Source: Candidatus Thorarchaeota archaeon
GTDB lineage: Archaea > Asgardarchaeota > Thorarchaeia > Thorarchaeales > Thorarchaeaceae
Length of the DNA stretch: 64,000 nucleotides
Direction: 5' to 3'
Assembly: GCA_011364905.1 (NCBI GenBank)
Contig: RDNZ01000001.1
Coordinates: 130,803-194,802, forward strand
Part shown: positions 21,789 through 30,686 of the stretch, piece by piece
Layout: every line of letters starts with the position of its first letter
Numbering within the stretch: the first letter of the stretch is position 1
Notes under the pieces: generated by a model
The model's input: only the letters and a program-made list of their open reading frames with translations
What the model was told of the DNA's origin: nothing
Databases searched by the model: none
Program-made: the position numbers and the translations under genes

Positions 21789-22712
21789 TTATAGTCCGAC
21801 CTCATCAATCATTCGCTCTAACTCAATTCGTCCAAGCCTTGGGAATTTTTTCACAGGATATGAGAGAAGGACATCAACAGATTTGGCGAAATGCGCGCTC
21901 TTGGTAAGGTGAGAGATCTTCTCAGCGTCTCGGAAATGTTCGGTCACAAACTTTGCAAAGAGTATAGGTTCCATTGCGGAGCAGAAAGAATACCAATACT
22001 CATCAGGAAAAGATTCCCGGAACCATCTGTTTATCTCTTCTATCTCCGAAGTCTGTTCATCATATGTGATTTTGAGATAGAACTCTGAGTTATTTCCAAG
22101 ACTCAGATTCCACCGTGCAGCGAACCAGACTGCATTACTGTCAAGCATCTCCTGAATGGCTCTGCTTACTCGTCTTGCCGTCAAGCCGGTTTCCTCCGCT
22201 AGTTGACCGACTTGCATTCGAGCATCTTCGAGAAGATATTTCAAAACTTTAAGATGAAGTTTCTTGATTTTGAATTTTTCACCACGTTGTACCAATATTG
22301 TGTGTAATTCGGCATCATTGACTGAATCAAGTGTCCGAATGAACGATGCAAGACTCTGAAGTCCTTCTGCTCCTTTGTACTCACATTGGAGAAAATATAG
22401 TCTACCAGCTCCGGTTACTATTTGGCCTACTTGGACTATCAAGGGATTAGATCCAATCAGTTCCATGAGTTCTTCTTCATCCTCAGAACCATCGGTGAAA
22501 ACTAGTGCAACCAAATAATCAGAGTCCATCATTGCTGGCTTCAAAATCACTGAGAATTCTTCTATGACACCGGTTTCAATCAACCTATCCATACGTTTTC
22601 TAATAGCAGTGGCAGTCAAACCAGTTTTTTCGCCTAGAGCTTGGTAAGATAATCTGCAATTTTCATCAAGTGCGAGAAGTATTCGCTTGTCAATAGAGTC
22701 CACAACTTCCAC
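21789..22712 (-). CDS. Lrp/AsnC family regulator, tandem duplicated HTH+RAM units
   Basis: DSIDKRILLALDENCRLSY...G+I and a second HTH, LKYLLEDARMQV. Confidence 0.85.
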   Translation of the reverse strand: MEVVDSIDKRILLALDENCRLSYQALGEKTGLTATAIRKRMDRLIETGVIEEFSVILKPAMMDSDYLVALVFTDGSEDEEELMELIGSNPLIVQVGQIVTGAGRLYFLQCEYKGAEGLQSLASFIRTLDSVNDAELHTILVQRGEKFKIKKLHLKVLKYLLEDARMQVGQLAEETGLTARRVSRAIQEMLDSNAVWFAARWNLSLGNNSEFYLKITYDEQTSEIEEINRWFRESFPDEYWYSFCSAMEPILFAKFVTEHFRDAEKISHLTKSAHFAKSVDVLLSYPVKKFPRLGRIELERMIDEVGL

Positions 22713-22732
22713 CCTGACTGGTTTTAATCAGT

Positions 22733-23125
22733 TTACGGTGGAATTAGAGCTCTAAATAAATTATCTTTGGGAGTTCCATCAATGTCCAGTGATGCGCAGT
22801 AGATGCATCCAGTGCCAATCACGGACAATTCAAAACCGCTATCTCTGAGCTGTTGGAGATATAACAGATGTTTGGAGAGTGTATCAATAAGTTCTGAGGA
22901 TTTTAGCTCACTCTTTCCATTGGAGTCTGGAATTGATATCTCAACCTCAATTGAGAGAGAATGGTCATCATCTTGGTTATTCACGAGTAGTATACGGAGC
23001 CACGGAGTTCGATGAATCAAAACAGTTACTTCTCCGGTGCCGCCTTCACCTCTAAGTGTAGCTTCGGCTTTGGCATATTTCTCTTTCAAGCTGAAACTAT
23101 TCATACATTTCACGAAGTTTAACAC
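22733..23125 (-). CDS. Hypothetical protein
   Basis: 130-aa ORF directly upstream of, and co-oriented with, the Lrp gene. Confidence 0.6.
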   Translation of the reverse strand: MLNFVKCMNSFSLKEKYAKAEATLRGEGGTGEVTVLIHRTPWLRILLVNNQDDDHSLSIEVEISIPDSNGKSELKSSELIDTLSKHLLYLQQLRDSGFELSVIGTGCIYCASLDIDGTPKDNLFRALIPP

Positions 23126-23244
23126 TCACGAAATAGATATGAAATGTCCTACACCTGCTGGTTTGGAAACTAGCTGTACATCACATATCTCTAGACCGAA
23201 AAACAAATGGGTAGGTTAGAGAGCGGTTTCAATCTTGGTATGAA

Positions 23245-24165
23245 GTGATTCCCATGGATGATATCGATAAGAGAATCATATTCCAACTTGATTCAGACTG
23301 CAGAATGACATACCAAAAAATGGCTGACAAACTAGGTATTACTGCTACTGCTGTGAAAAAGAGAGTCACGAAATTACTGGAGCGAGGGGTGATAGATCGC
23401 TTCATTACTACGCTCAACTTCGAGATGATTGATTCCGACCTAGTACTAGCCATAGTCCAGACAGATGGTTCTGAATTCGAGGAGGACTTCATTGACGAAT
23501 TAGGAGAACCATCCTTTGTATTCCAAGTCAGTCCCATTGCTTGTGGTAAAGGAGGTCTTTATGCTGTGTTTGCTGTTACTAGCGGGCTTTCTGGCCTTTC
23601 AGAATTTGGGACATTCATACGAACCTTGAAACCAGTTGCAAATTCGGAGATTCATGTTCTTCTTTATCCTAAAGGGAAAAAAGTCAACCTGACAAAGACT
23701 CAGCTTCGAGTTTTGAAATATTTGGTCGAAAATCCGCGTATGTCTATCGTGGAGATTGCAGACCTAAGTGGAATGACTGCGAGGAGAATTAGACGTACAA
23801 TCGAGGAGTTGCAAGAAGGAGAAGGGATTCTCTTCGCCGTCATCTGGAACCTTGGAATAGGTGGACTAACCGAAGTCCTATTGCGAATTGAGTGGGATGA
23901 GAAAAATACCGATCATGAATCAGTTATAGCTTGGCTTAGGAAAAGGTATCCTCTCGAATACTGGTCACCATTCATCAGCGCCGCATTCCCTGTCATCTTT
24001 GCTCGTTTTGTTGTAGAGAAACTTGAAACTATCGAATCAATTGCACGAGAGGTGAAAAGAGCACCATTTGTGAAATCTTTATCGACCCTAGTCTTTTATT
24101 CCAACTATCTATTCAATTGGCCTGGTGTCACAGAGCTAAGACGACTCTTTGAAACTGAACTATGA
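23245..24165 (+). CDS. Lrp/AsnC family regulator, tandem duplicated units
   Basis: MDDIDKRIIFQLDSDCRMTY and LKYLVENPRMS; paralog of 21789-22712. Confidence 0.85.
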   Translation: MIPMDDIDKRIIFQLDSDCRMTYQKMADKLGITATAVKKRVTKLLERGVIDRFITTLNFEMIDSDLVLAIVQTDGSEFEEDFIDELGEPSFVFQVSPIACGKGGLYAVFAVTSGLSGLSEFGTFIRTLKPVANSEIHVLLYPKGKKVNLTKTQLRVLKYLVENPRMSIVEIADLSGMTARRIRRTIEELQEGEGILFAVIWNLGIGGLTEVLLRIEWDEKNTDHESVIAWLRKRYPLEYWSPFISAAFPVIFARFVVEKLETIESIAREVKRAPFVKSLSTLVFYSNYLFNWPGVTELRRLFETEL

Positions 24166-24193
24166 TAGATCTAAACTTTTACCAAGGTGCGCG

Positions 24194-24811
24194 TTAAACA
24201 GTAATTCCACTACGGACCGTAGACACAAGCGCTTCCTTAATTTTGTCCCACTTGAACTTGATACCTGCTGTCACCATAAGGTTTGACAATCCTCCAATCG
24301 CGCTTATCAAGATGGCAGCAAGACTGTTAGCATCAACCTCTTTCCTGAACTCGCCTGATTCAATGCCTTCTTTGATAGTGTCCTCAAGGAGTTTCATAAC
24401 CGCCATCTGCTGAAATCTATGCTGTTTTCTCATTTTTGGCGATCGAGAAGAGGCCACTTGAAACTCAAGATCCATTAGACACATTTCCTCAGAGACCTCG
24501 CACATGGATGCAAAGACAAGGTCTGCAGTTCGCTCAAGCTTTGCCAAAGCTGTTTTCTCTTTATCAATCACTGCTTTGAGCTCCAGATAGTTCAGTGTCG
24601 CAAACTTCTTCTGAAGCTCGATAAACAGGGCTTCTTTGCTATCAAAGTAACCATAGATTGCACCCTTGCTAAAGCCGCTCTCTTCAACAATGTCATCCAT
24701 GGAAGTTTCATGATAACCTTTCCGCGAGAATAGGGTTATTGATGCTTCAAGGATCTTCTCCCTCATCATAGTCTTGTATTCATCAGATACTTTCGGAGAC
24801 AATAAGGACAC
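24194..24811 (-). CDS. TetR/AcrR family regulator
   Basis: ILEASITLFSRKGYHETSMDDIVEESGFSKGAIYGYFDSKEAL. Confidence 0.93.
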   Translation of the reverse strand: MSLLSPKVSDEYKTMMREKILEASITLFSRKGYHETSMDDIVEESGFSKGAIYGYFDSKEALFIELQKKFATLNYLELKAVIDKEKTALAKLERTADLVFASMCEVSEEMCLMDLEFQVASSRSPKMRKQHRFQQMAVMKLLEDTIKEGIESGEFRKEVDANSLAAILISAIGGLSNLMVTAGIKFKWDKIKEALVSTVRSGITV

Positions 24812-24829
24812 CTCATCGTATGCTATATA

Positions 24830-24847
24830 AAACTGACTGGTCGGTTT
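24830..24847. promoter_or_regulatory. Putative TetR operator (copy 1) in the tetR promoter
   Basis: AAACTGACTGGTCGGTTT, an imperfect palindrome just downstream of a minus-strand TTTATATTA box. Confidence 0.75.
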
Positions 24848-24912
24848 AATATAAATCTATTGTACTGAACGGGATGTTGCCCTCGATCTCTCAAGGGCAA
24901 CCATTGATTACA

Positions 24913-26277
24913 TCAGTCCTCCTCGAGGTCAATTGTGATCTCGCCAAGAGGCAGGATGGATTTGTTCATCCCAGCAAAGACCCCTATTACAGCGAGAAGG
25001 ATGCCTCCAATGAGGTACCAAGTCTGAATGCCAAAAACGTCACCAATCGCACCGGCCGCTCCTAGTCCAATAGGTGTCATAATGGGGCCAAGACTGATCA
25101 AGACTGTAAAGACTCGGCCTTGAATGTGGGGAGGAACGACTGCCTGCACTATAGCCATGATTGAACCGCTAGCAAGGGGAATCATCATTCCAGCAAGGAA
25201 CATCCCGGCAACTGCCAGTTGTATCAGATTAGCTGGTGTTATCCCGACCAAGACGATGCTTGCAGATGCAATAAGGATAGCCATCAATGCTGTGAGCATT
25301 CTTCTTCTGAAGCCGCCCCAGACACCCAATGCAATGCCGCCGAGAACCATACCAACCCCCATCATTGACTCAATCAATGCAAGTTCGAAAGCACCACCAG
25401 CAAAGTGACGCAGCACGAGAAGAGGTGTAAGTGCAAAGGTTGGGATCAGTACGAAATTAATCACCATCATAGCGACCGCAATGAACCGTCCACCTTTCCA
25501 GTTCTTCATATATGAAAAACCTTCAACGATGTCCTCAATTACACCCGATGTGACCGAATCATGCCTCAACTCAGTCGAGGTAGGTTCTGGAACCTGAATC
25601 ATGAACAATGGCAAGACTGCTAGCGCAGCGGTAGCAACATCAACCATGAGTATTAGCTGCATGGGCAGAAACACCAAGAGGACTGCACCCATTGCGGGAG
25701 CAGCTATCTTGGCAAGACCCTGTAGAGCCTGGTACATTCCATTCACCCGTGAAAGATGTTCCTCTGGCACCATCAAAGATGCCGATGCCTGTAGTGCAGG
25801 CCACTGGAAACTGCCTAACGTTGAACGGACAGCCATTACAGCAAACACATGGATGAACTCAACCACGCCCATTGTCCAAAGGGAAGCTAGAACCACTATT
25901 GCCAGAGCTGATAGTGTGTCTGAAACAATCATAACTCGGCGGCGACTCCAGCGATCAACTAGTGCGCCAGCGAAGGGACTGACTAAGATCTGAGGTAAGA
26001 TGACCATCATAGTTGCCAGTGAAAGAATTACTGCACTCCCGGTCGTGTAGGTCAGCCACCAGACAAGTGCAAATTGGACAAGTGCACTGCCAACGAGAGA
26101 GAACGCCTGTCCACCAAAGATCTTCATGTAATCCTTCATCTGAGTAGGTTTCAGTATTGGGATTTCTTGGAGAGATTCAACAGCCATTGATTCAGTCTGC
26201 GGTAGCACTATACTAACCTGATGCGCATTCGTTGTAGATCCATCAAGATTTGGTTCATTCTTTGAGAGTAAAGTCAA
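24913..26277 (-). CDS. MFS efflux transporter (Mef/DHA3-like)
   Basis: GQAFSLVGSALVQFAL, GALVDRWSRRR, QGRVF; about 12 hydrophobic segments. Confidence 0.9.
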   Translation of the reverse strand: MTLLSKNEPNLDGSTTNAHQVSIVLPQTESMAVESLQEIPILKPTQMKDYMKIFGGQAFSLVGSALVQFALVWWLTYTTGSAVILSLATMMVILPQILVSPFAGALVDRWSRRRVMIVSDTLSALAIVVLASLWTMGVVEFIHVFAVMAVRSTLGSFQWPALQASASLMVPEEHLSRVNGMYQALQGLAKIAAPAMGAVLLVFLPMQLILMVDVATAALAVLPLFMIQVPEPTSTELRHDSVTSGVIEDIVEGFSYMKNWKGGRFIAVAMMVINFVLIPTFALTPLLVLRHFAGGAFELALIESMMGVGMVLGGIALGVWGGFRRRMLTALMAILIASASIVLVGITPANLIQLAVAGMFLAGMMIPLASGSIMAIVQAVVPPHIQGRVFTVLISLGPIMTPIGLGAAGAIGDVFGIQTWYLIGGILLAVIGVFAGMNKSILPLGEITIDLEED

Positions 26278-26303
26278 TTTTGATACACTCCATGTATTTA
26301 TTA

Positions 26304-26352
26304 AAACCGACTGGGCGGTTTTTATTATTAAAATAAACTGACTAGTCGGTTT
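26304..26352. promoter_or_regulatory. Two putative TetR operators (copies 2 and 3) in the MFS promoter
   Basis: AAACCGACTGGGCGGTTT (26304-26321) and AAACTGACTAGTCGGTTT (26335-26352), abutting a minus-strand TTTATAA box. Confidence 0.75.
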
Positions 26353-26444
26353 ATAAATGTATCTACTCCAGTCAGAATTCAGAAAAACAGAGATTTACAG
26401 AAGTATCTCTTTAGAAAAAGCATACGGGATGAGAGTACGAAGAA

Positions 26445-27908
26445 CTATTCAGACACTCGAGCCAAGTTCTTTGCGAGCTTCTTCTTCTCCTCTATGTCAC
26501 TTAAGCGGTTAATCATTATTCTCTGTGCCTGAGGAGAGCCAGCACCATGCATTGATTCAGTTAGATATCCAACAGCAGCCCGGCCGAGTGTCAGGTTCTC
26601 AATAAGTCTGAGCATCTTCACACGATCCATTGTGTCAACCCCCTCTGCTCCAGCCAGATACTTCTCGACGATTTCACGGGTTTCAGGATTATTGAGCTCT
26701 CGTGCACTTGGACAGGTAACAAAGAGCCCTCCAGCTATGTCCTGCAAGAGTCGGGATATTTCATAGGGAAACCGCGTCACGTTTTGCTTGCACACATTTG
26801 CTAATAGAAGATCAACGAGATAGTTGCCTGCAGGAGTCTTGTGTCCCGCAGCTGAACAAGCAATTCCACAGGAATATAGCGTTTCATTCAGGTGAACCAT
26901 CTCTGTGATTTTATCTTTGATGTGGGATGCCTTTTCAACTCCATTATATTCTGCAATGGATGCAGCCGCCCCAACGAGAACATCTCCAACTCCAACCTTG
27001 CAACCACCATAACTCTGACGATGGTAGGCTGCAAAGGACTCAACCAACCTATTGCAGAACTCGCTCTCGCCATTCATGAAGATGCGTTCGTTGGGTACGA
27101 ATACATTATCAAAAACAATGAGGCACTCTTGGCCTCCAAAAGTGGGATTACCACAGTCCACGTCTCCAGTTTCTGTCTGGTCTAGTCGACGAAGATCACA
27201 CGATTGGCGTCCATAATAGTAGGTGATACCCTCTGCATCTGCAGGAATAGCACAACAGATTGCATAGTCCTTGTCTTCGTTCCGCATCGCCAAGGTAGGC
27301 ATGATGAGATGTTCGTGGGAGTTTATAGCTCCAGTTTGATGCGCCTTGGCGCCCCGTATCACAACACCATCGTTTCTTCGCTCAGCAACATGGACAAAGA
27401 GATCAGGATCCTTTTGTTCCGAGGGTCGTTTGCTACGGTCACCTTTTGGATCGGTCATGCATCCATCAATTACCCAATCTTCAGCTTCTGCTTTTTTGAT
27501 ATACTCAATGAACCTCTTGTTATAGTCAGTTTTGAACTGCTGGTCAATCTCGTAGGTAGTGAGATAGACTGCGTTCAGCGCGTCCATGCCAACACATCTC
27601 TGAAAACATGTTCCTGATAGCTGGCCAAGTACGCGTTGCATCTTGACCTTGTCCTGAAGGTCCTCTGTGCTATTATGCAAATGGCAAAACCTATTGATCC
27701 TGTTTCCTGTAATCACGGACTTAGCGGTCATTAGGTCTGAGAACCTTTCATCATGAGCCAAATCATAGGTGAGCGCCACTGAATTGATTGATGCTCTGAT
27801 TATTGGATGATCTATAGGATTCTCGATCTTCTCACCAAGCATGTATATCTTGAGAGGACCGCGTTTTCTCAGACTCTCTATATATTCTTCACCAGTCTTC
27901 AGAACCAT
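26445..27908 (-). CDS. abfD: 4-hydroxybutyryl-CoA dehydratase family protein
   Basis: CFQRCVGMD, MTDPKGDRS, GAKAHQTG, HRQSYGGCK and ESMHGAGSPQAQR motifs, including the Fe-S ligands. Confidence 0.88.
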   Translation of the reverse strand: MVLKTGEEYIESLRKRGPLKIYMLGEKIENPIDHPIIRASINSVALTYDLAHDERFSDLMTAKSVITGNRINRFCHLHNSTEDLQDKVKMQRVLGQLSGTCFQRCVGMDALNAVYLTTYEIDQQFKTDYNKRFIEYIKKAEAEDWVIDGCMTDPKGDRSKRPSEQKDPDLFVHVAERRNDGVVIRGAKAHQTGAINSHEHLIMPTLAMRNEDKDYAICCAIPADAEGITYYYGRQSCDLRRLDQTETGDVDCGNPTFGGQECLIVFDNVFVPNERIFMNGESEFCNRLVESFAAYHRQSYGGCKVGVGDVLVGAAASIAEYNGVEKASHIKDKITEMVHLNETLYSCGIACSAAGHKTPAGNYLVDLLLANVCKQNVTRFPYEISRLLQDIAGGLFVTCPSARELNNPETREIVEKYLAGAEGVDTMDRVKMLRLIENLTLGRAAVGYLTESMHGAGSPQAQRIMINRLSDIEEKKKLAKNLARVSE

Positions 27909-27974
27909 CAATGGCAACTCCTTTTCAAGAGGTGGTTCTATTTGATATCTCGAAATCACTTATGAGCTGTTCTA

Positions 27975-28862
27975 TTAGTCGAAGTGCTCATCAAGCCAAG
28001 TTCCAAGTGGGTCCCAGCTTCCAGGAGGAAAATCGGAGTGTGTTCCACCTTTCGCGATGTGAAACATTTTTTCAGTTGATGGAATTTCATCGAAAAGTGC
28101 CCTGCAGTCCTCAACTGTAAATAACTCGTCTTTGTCACCCACTCCAACAAAGATAGGCATATCTCCAAAGTCTGGAAATGTGAAGTCTCGAATACTGGTA
28201 ATCTTCATGAATCTGTAGGTATAGTTGAAATTGAAGAGAGGATTATCAAGTCCAAGCATCCCTTCACGATAATACTTTATCACAGGTTTACTGGGTCTAA
28301 AAACAGAACTGAAGAAGATTTTCAGTTTTTGAGTTGTAGACATAGGTGGATAGGCACCGGGTCTAGTCCTACGAGCTCCGCTCAGGAGGACAGCACCATC
28401 TATATTCTCGAGACAATTGTTGAAAGCAATTGCACTTGACAGGACTCCAAGACTATGGCCCAATATAACAACTTTCGGATGAATCTGCTTGACGAACTGG
28501 ATTGTTTCACAGAGGTCCTTGATGAATCGCTCCTTGCTTGGATAGTCGCCTCGATTCCCATCAGAGAGTCCGTGTCCCCGCAGATCAAGACCATAAACTG
28601 TGAATCCCAAATCTGTGAGAGGTCTGGTAATTAATCCATACGGACCGCTATATGCAGTGATTCCATGAAATAGAAGTATCGCTGTACTCTTGGAAACTTC
28701 ACTTCTAGACTCCCATTCTCTAAGAAAGAGGATTTTGTTATCAGAGGTTCTAATTAGATGATGGGGACCTTCGAATTGATTCTGGAGGGACTGAATATCG
28801 AGTGCCATACTATCACTTTGTGAAAAGCATGTGTTGGTGCCTAAAGTATTCTCCCCCCTCAA
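27975..28862 (-). CDS. Alpha/beta hydrolase (lysophospholipase-like)
   Basis: HG, DLRGHGLS and GHSLG nucleophile elbow. Confidence 0.88.
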   Translation of the reverse strand: MRGENTLGTNTCFSQSDSMALDIQSLQNQFEGPHHLIRTSDNKILFLREWESRSEVSKSTAILLFHGITAYSGPYGLITRPLTDLGFTVYGLDLRGHGLSDGNRGDYPSKERFIKDLCETIQFVKQIHPKVVILGHSLGVLSSAIAFNNCLENIDGAVLLSGARRTRPGAYPPMSTTQKLKIFFSSVFRPSKPVIKYYREGMLGLDNPLFNFNYTYRFMKITSIRDFTFPDFGDMPIFVGVGDKDELFTVEDCRALFDEIPSTEKMFHIAKGGTHSDFPPGSWDPLGTWLDEHFD

Positions 28863-28890
28863 TCAGCTAGACATTACTTGGACAAATCTA

Positions 28891-29535
28891 TCATTCTCTG
28901 TACGCCTTGAAGATTTCAATGACCTCGCTATCAGGTACATCATACCAATTCCTGTATGCATTGGCAACTGCGAAAATGAATCCCGACTCTATCCTTGGAC
29001 AGATAAGATTCTCAACTTTGGCTCCAACGAGATCTGCAGCGCTGCGAGATGATGTTGGAACTGCCACAGTAATACTAATCGGCCCCAAAGTTCCTACTGA
29101 TTCAACCGCGGCCATCATTGTGTATCCACTAGCAAGCCCGTCATCTACAAGAATGACGTCCTTGTCAGATATGTCGATGATTCCCACAAGACCACGATAA
29201 TCCTCCTTTCTCCGATCAATCTGTTCCTGAGTGTTCTTAGTGACCATTTCTATCTGATGTTGGTTTAATCCTAATGATCGCACTAGACGCTCATTGAGCA
29301 GCATTGCCCCTTGGGAAGTTAGGGCCCCAAAGCCAGCTTCTGTGTTTCCAGGAACTTGGAGTTTCCTAACAATAAGAGCATCCAACTCAGCCTGTAATGA
29401 CTTTGCAATCTCTACACCGACAGGGATTCCCCCATTAGGTATAGCAAGTACTACAGGGCGGGCTGCGAAATGAATGTCCTTCAGCCCTTGCGACAGAACC
29501 TTTCCAGCTTGGGTGCGGTCCTCATATGAATACAA
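28891..29535 (-). CDS. Phosphoribosyltransferase family protein
   Basis: DRTQAG, PNGGIPVG and VILVDDGLASGYT. Confidence 0.88.
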   Translation of the reverse strand: MYSYEDRTQAGKVLSQGLKDIHFAARPVVLAIPNGGIPVGVEIAKSLQAELDALIVRKLQVPGNTEAGFGALTSQGAMLLNERLVRSLGLNQHQIEMVTKNTQEQIDRRKEDYRGLVGIIDISDKDVILVDDGLASGYTMMAAVESVGTLGPISITVAVPTSSRSAADLVGAKVENLICPRIESGFIFAVANAYRNWYDVPDSEVIEIFKAYRE

Positions 29536-29615
29536 GGATTACTCCTCATCTACTTAGTTAGTTACTGAAATCGACCGCATAGAGGGTACTGCGGGAATTA
29601 ATAAAGGAGTGCCAA

Positions 29616-30620
29616 ATGACTAAGTTGGTGTTTAATGTGGCAAAGTCCAGAGACCGCATGCTTTACCTCTCACAGGCGGATGTAAGTCGGATCGATCTTC
29701 CAATGGAAGAAATAATTAGTCAAATGGAAATTGCATTCGAAGAGAAGGCACAAGGCAGAGTAGAAATGCCGCCCAAACCTGGAATTCATCCGGGTGAGGC
29801 TGACAACTTCATACATGCGATGCCAGCATATATACCTGCAATGAAATCTGCTGGCTTGAAATGGGTGAGTGGATTCCCACTCAATAAGGAGAGAGGACTG
29901 CCTTACATATCTGGACTCCTGATTTTGAATGATCCAAACACGGGTCTGCCAATCTCTGTGATGGACTGTGTATGGATTACTGCAAAGCGAACAGGAGCTG
30001 CCACCGCCGTCGCTGCAAAGCATCTTGCTCGGCCTGAATCCTCTGTTGTTGGAATTTTGGGATGCGGAGTTCAAGGACGGAGCAATCTCGAAGCATTGAG
30101 TATTGTTTTCTCTTTGAAGAAGTTGAAAGCGTACGATGTCAATCCTAAAGCCTCATCCATATATGCACAGGAGATTGAAGAGAGATTTGGACTAGAAGTT
30201 GAAGAAGTCTTCAGTCCGAAGAAAGCTGTTTCAGATTGCGATATAGTTGTAACTGCCGGACCGATTCTAAAGAAACCGCATGCCACGATTCAGGCTGGTT
30301 GGATGGATGAGGGCACTTTTGCATCACTTGTAGATTTTGATTCATATTGGCATCCTGATGCCTTGAGGGAGGTTGACAAATTCTGTACCGATGACGTTCC
30401 ACAACTCCAACACTATCAAAACGTAGGCTACTTCCAAGATATTCCTGAAATATATGCAGACATTGGGGAGCTAGTTACTGGATCAAAACCTGGTAGAGAA
30501 TCAGCCGAAGAACGAACCATTACCTGCAATCTGGGACTGGCGATGGACGATATGGCTATCGCACCATTGGTGTATCAGAAGGCAATGGAGAAGAGAGTTG
30601 GCATTTGGTTACCATTGTGA
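29616..30620 (+). CDS. Ornithine cyclodeaminase / mu-crystallin / archaeal alanine dehydrogenase family
   Basis: AMPAY, ITAKRTGAA, GCGVQG and GLAMDD. Confidence 0.88.
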   Translation: MTKLVFNVAKSRDRMLYLSQADVSRIDLPMEEIISQMEIAFEEKAQGRVEMPPKPGIHPGEADNFIHAMPAYIPAMKSAGLKWVSGFPLNKERGLPYISGLLILNDPNTGLPISVMDCVWITAKRTGAATAVAAKHLARPESSVVGILGCGVQGRSNLEALSIVFSLKKLKAYDVNPKASSIYAQEIEERFGLEVEEVFSPKKAVSDCDIVVTAGPILKKPHATIQAGWMDEGTFASLVDFDSYWHPDALREVDKFCTDDVPQLQHYQNVGYFQDIPEIYADIGELVTGSKPGRESAEERTITCNLGLAMDDMAIAPLVYQKAMEKRVGIWLPL

Positions 30621-30686
30621 GAGTTTGAAAGCATCGAATTTGACGAAGTCTTTTATCTTCGAAATGGTATCAATAGTTGACCAGTC

